Source: an uncultured Chloroflexia bacterium (lineage in GTDB: Bacteria; Chloroflexota; Anaerolineae; Caldilineales; Caldilineaceae). From it: a DNA stretch of 64,000 nucleotides. The notes under the pieces were generated by a model, which searched no databases, was not told where the DNA came from, and saw nothing but the letters and a program-made list of their open reading frames with translations. The DNA is taken from positions 5,463-69,462 of the forward strand of contig CAWBRX010000001.1 in NCBI GenBank assembly GCA_963791135.1, written 5' to 3'. How positions within the stretch are numbered: the first letter of the stretch is position 1; each line of letters opens with the position of its first letter. Shown in pieces: positions 62,043 to 64,000 of the stretch. The translations under genes were made by a program, and so were the position numbers.

Positions 62043-64000
62043 GCACAGAAACTGAGCAGCCCACAGGTCGAGCCTTCACAGCAGATCGTCGAGGAGCCGC
62101 CGGCGGAGAACAGGCGCCGCTGGCGCCCCACCCGCCGCGGCTTCCTGATCGGCCTGGGCGTGACGGGCGGACTGCTTGCCTTAGGGATCGGCGTGGGCGC
62201 CACCGCCGGCGTTCCCTATGCCCGCCTGCAGATTGCCGGTATGCTCGACGGCGCCGAAGGCCAACCCGCCCGTTTCCCCAAGGACCCCTGGGCGTGGTTC
62301 GAGGTGCTCCCCGACAGCCGCATCCGCCTCTATCTCTCCAAGGTCGAGATGGGCCAGGGCGTCCATACCTCCATTGCCCAGTCCGCCGCCGACGAACTGG
62401 ACATCGCCTGGGAAGACCTCGACGTCGCCATGGCCACGACTGCCCGCGACCTTGGCGATGCGATTACCAGCGGCAGCAGTTCGGTGTCGGGCACCTTTCT
62501 CCCCGTGCGCCAGGCCGCCGCAACCCTTATGCAGATGCTGCGGGCCGAGGCGGCCGTACAGCTTGGCGTAGCGCCCACGGCGTTGGTCGTCGACGGCCGC
62601 GGCTTTGCCGTACAGGACAACCCCACGCAGCGCCGCGATTTCGCGGCGATCGTCACCGCCAAGACCGGAGACTGGGAAGTGCCCGAAGCTGCACCTGCGC
62701 TCAAAGACCCAAGCGCATTTCGCTATATCGGCCAGCCCATGCCGCGCCGTGACTTTGCGGCCAAGCTCACGGGCCAGGCCGTCTATGGCTATGATGCCCG
62801 CCTGGAAGGCATGAAATACGGCGCCGTTGCCCGCCCACCCACCGTGAACGGCAAGCTCAAGTCCGCCGCACCGGGAAACGCCGCGGCCATGCCGGGCGTG
62901 CGCAAGGTGGTCATTGCCGACGGCTTTGCCGGCGTCGTGGCCGACACGCGTGCGCAGGCGCAGGCCGCCGCCGCCCAGCTCCAAACGGATTGGGATCCTG
63001 GCCATCCCTGGCAGCAGGCGGAGCTGGAGGCGATGGTAACCGTCGGCAGCGGCACAGCCGTCACGATTCAAAGCGAAGGCGACGCGCCCGGTTCGCTGCG
63101 TGGCGCAACCACTCTCACCGCCGAGTATCGCACGCCTTTTGCCGTCCACGCCCACCTGGAGGCGCAGGCCGCCCTGGCCGACGTGCAGCCGGACCGCATT
63201 CGCGTCTGGTGCTCCACCCAGGCGCAGAGCTCGGTGCAGGGCGCCGTCGCCAAGGCACTGGGTGTAGACGAAAAGCTGGTCGAGGTGATCCCCACCTATG
63301 TCGGCGGCGGCTTTGGCCGCAAGGTCGGCGACGAGGTCGCCATCGAGGCTGCCCGCCTGTCGCAGGCAGCCGGCGTGCCCGTGCACGTGGGCTGGACGCG
63401 CACCGAAGATATGCGCTATGGCTACTTCCGCCCGCCGACGCACCATCAGCTGGCCGCCAGGCTCGACGCCGACGGCAAACTGGCCGCGATCGAGCACCGC
63501 CAGGCCAGCGGCGACGTGGCCTTTGCCTTCCTGCCCAATTTCCTGGCTCCCATTATGGGTGCAGACTTTGGCGCCTACCGCGGCGCGCTGATCCGCTATG
63601 CCGTGCCCAACAAGCAGACGGTTGCCTATCGCACCGAGCTGCCCATTCGCACCGGCTGGTGGCGCGGCCTCGGCCTGCTCGCCAATGTCTTCGCCGTAGA
63701 GTCATTTATGGACGAAGCGGCCCATGCTGCCGGCGTCGACCCGCTCGAGTTCCGCCTGCGCCACCTCGACGACGCAGTGCCGGGCCAGGCCCGTCTCAAG
63801 GCCGTGCTCAACGCCGCTGCCGAGCGTGGCGGCTGGAATACGCCGGTTCCCGAGGGGCGCGGCCGCGGTATCGCCTGCTGCCTCGACGTCGACACCGCCG
63901 TGGCCATGGTTGCCGAGGTTTCAGTCGACCGTGCCGAGGGTAAGATTCGCGTGCACCACGTCGCGGCCGCCATGGACCCGGGCCTCGTCGTCAACCCTGA
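62039..64000 (+). pseudogene. Molybdopterin-binding large subunit (IorB/aldehyde-oxidoreductase beta-like), 3'-partial; +1 break about 62045-62066; not in the ORF track
   Basis: ATG 62039 (MSTETEQ), then frame 0 from 62043 open to the window end. Tat-like RRRWRPTRRGFLIGLGVTGGLLALG; VEMGQGVHTSIAQSAADEL; EYRTPFAVHAHLE; TYVGGGFGRK; WWRGLG. Confidence 0.8.

Noticed and set aside
61544-62752. The 402-aa track ORF 61544..62752 as a fused 2Fe-2S protein with a long Arg/Pro-rich tail.
   Set aside because: After about aa 160 the sequence is low-complexity shadow of the iorB-like frame. The alternative frames give a normal stop (62040) and an ATGA-coupled large subunit.

Overview
High-GC bacterial chromosomal segment. 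Pro/Thr-rich linkers, many lipobox proteins and abundant FHA/Hanks-kinase signalling suggest a Chloroflexota-like organism, but that is a low-confidence guess. I found no rRNA, tRNA, CRISPR array, transposase or integrase. About 50 protein genes can be read. Gene order: (i) 0.5-10.2 kb, secreted lipoproteins (TolB-like propeller, HExxH peptidase, two tandem M14 carboxypeptidases, an FGE-sulfatase-domain protein, two unknowns) that share an unusual N-terminal linker module. (ii) 10.3-23.8 kb, a co-directional phospho-signalling block: vWA protein, zinc-ribbon Hanks kinase, FHA/zinc-ribbon/pseudokinase/PP2C protein, membrane FHA protein, a zinc-ribbon-FHA-FHA-ABC exporter (Rv1747-like) and a translationally coupled ~1,070-aa HerA/DUF87-type ATPase, followed by a convergent sigma-70/ECF-type factor. 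This block is the best candidate for an undescribed system. (iii) 25-46.5 kb, housekeeping and accessory genes: penicillin-acylase family, GATase/C26, VIT1-ferritin-like, sugar-phosphate isomerase, LarA-like, two hybrid histidine kinases, trmO, tgt, PstS-like, GH-A glycosidase, ettA, J-domain protein, OsmC, PDO-like and TlpA-like redox proteins. (iv) 46.9-54.1 kb, one giant (~2,400 codon) alpha-amylase-pullulanase with CBM41-type modules. (v) 54.2-59.5 kb, a three-repeat beta-sandwich protein and a PD40/SH3b protein. (vi) YaeQ, a second TlpA-like gene, and an iorA/iorB-type molybdo-oxidoreductase running off the window. The main technical feature is that most genes outside 7.6-25 kb are broken by single-base frame changes, on the order of 80-100 by hand tracking and mostly insertion-type (+1). 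Amino-acid sequence on either side of each break stays well conserved. I read this as consensus indel error rather than decay, so 'pseudogene' below means 'disrupted as sequenced'. The supplied ORF track also omits the open-ended iorB-like ORF at the 3' end.
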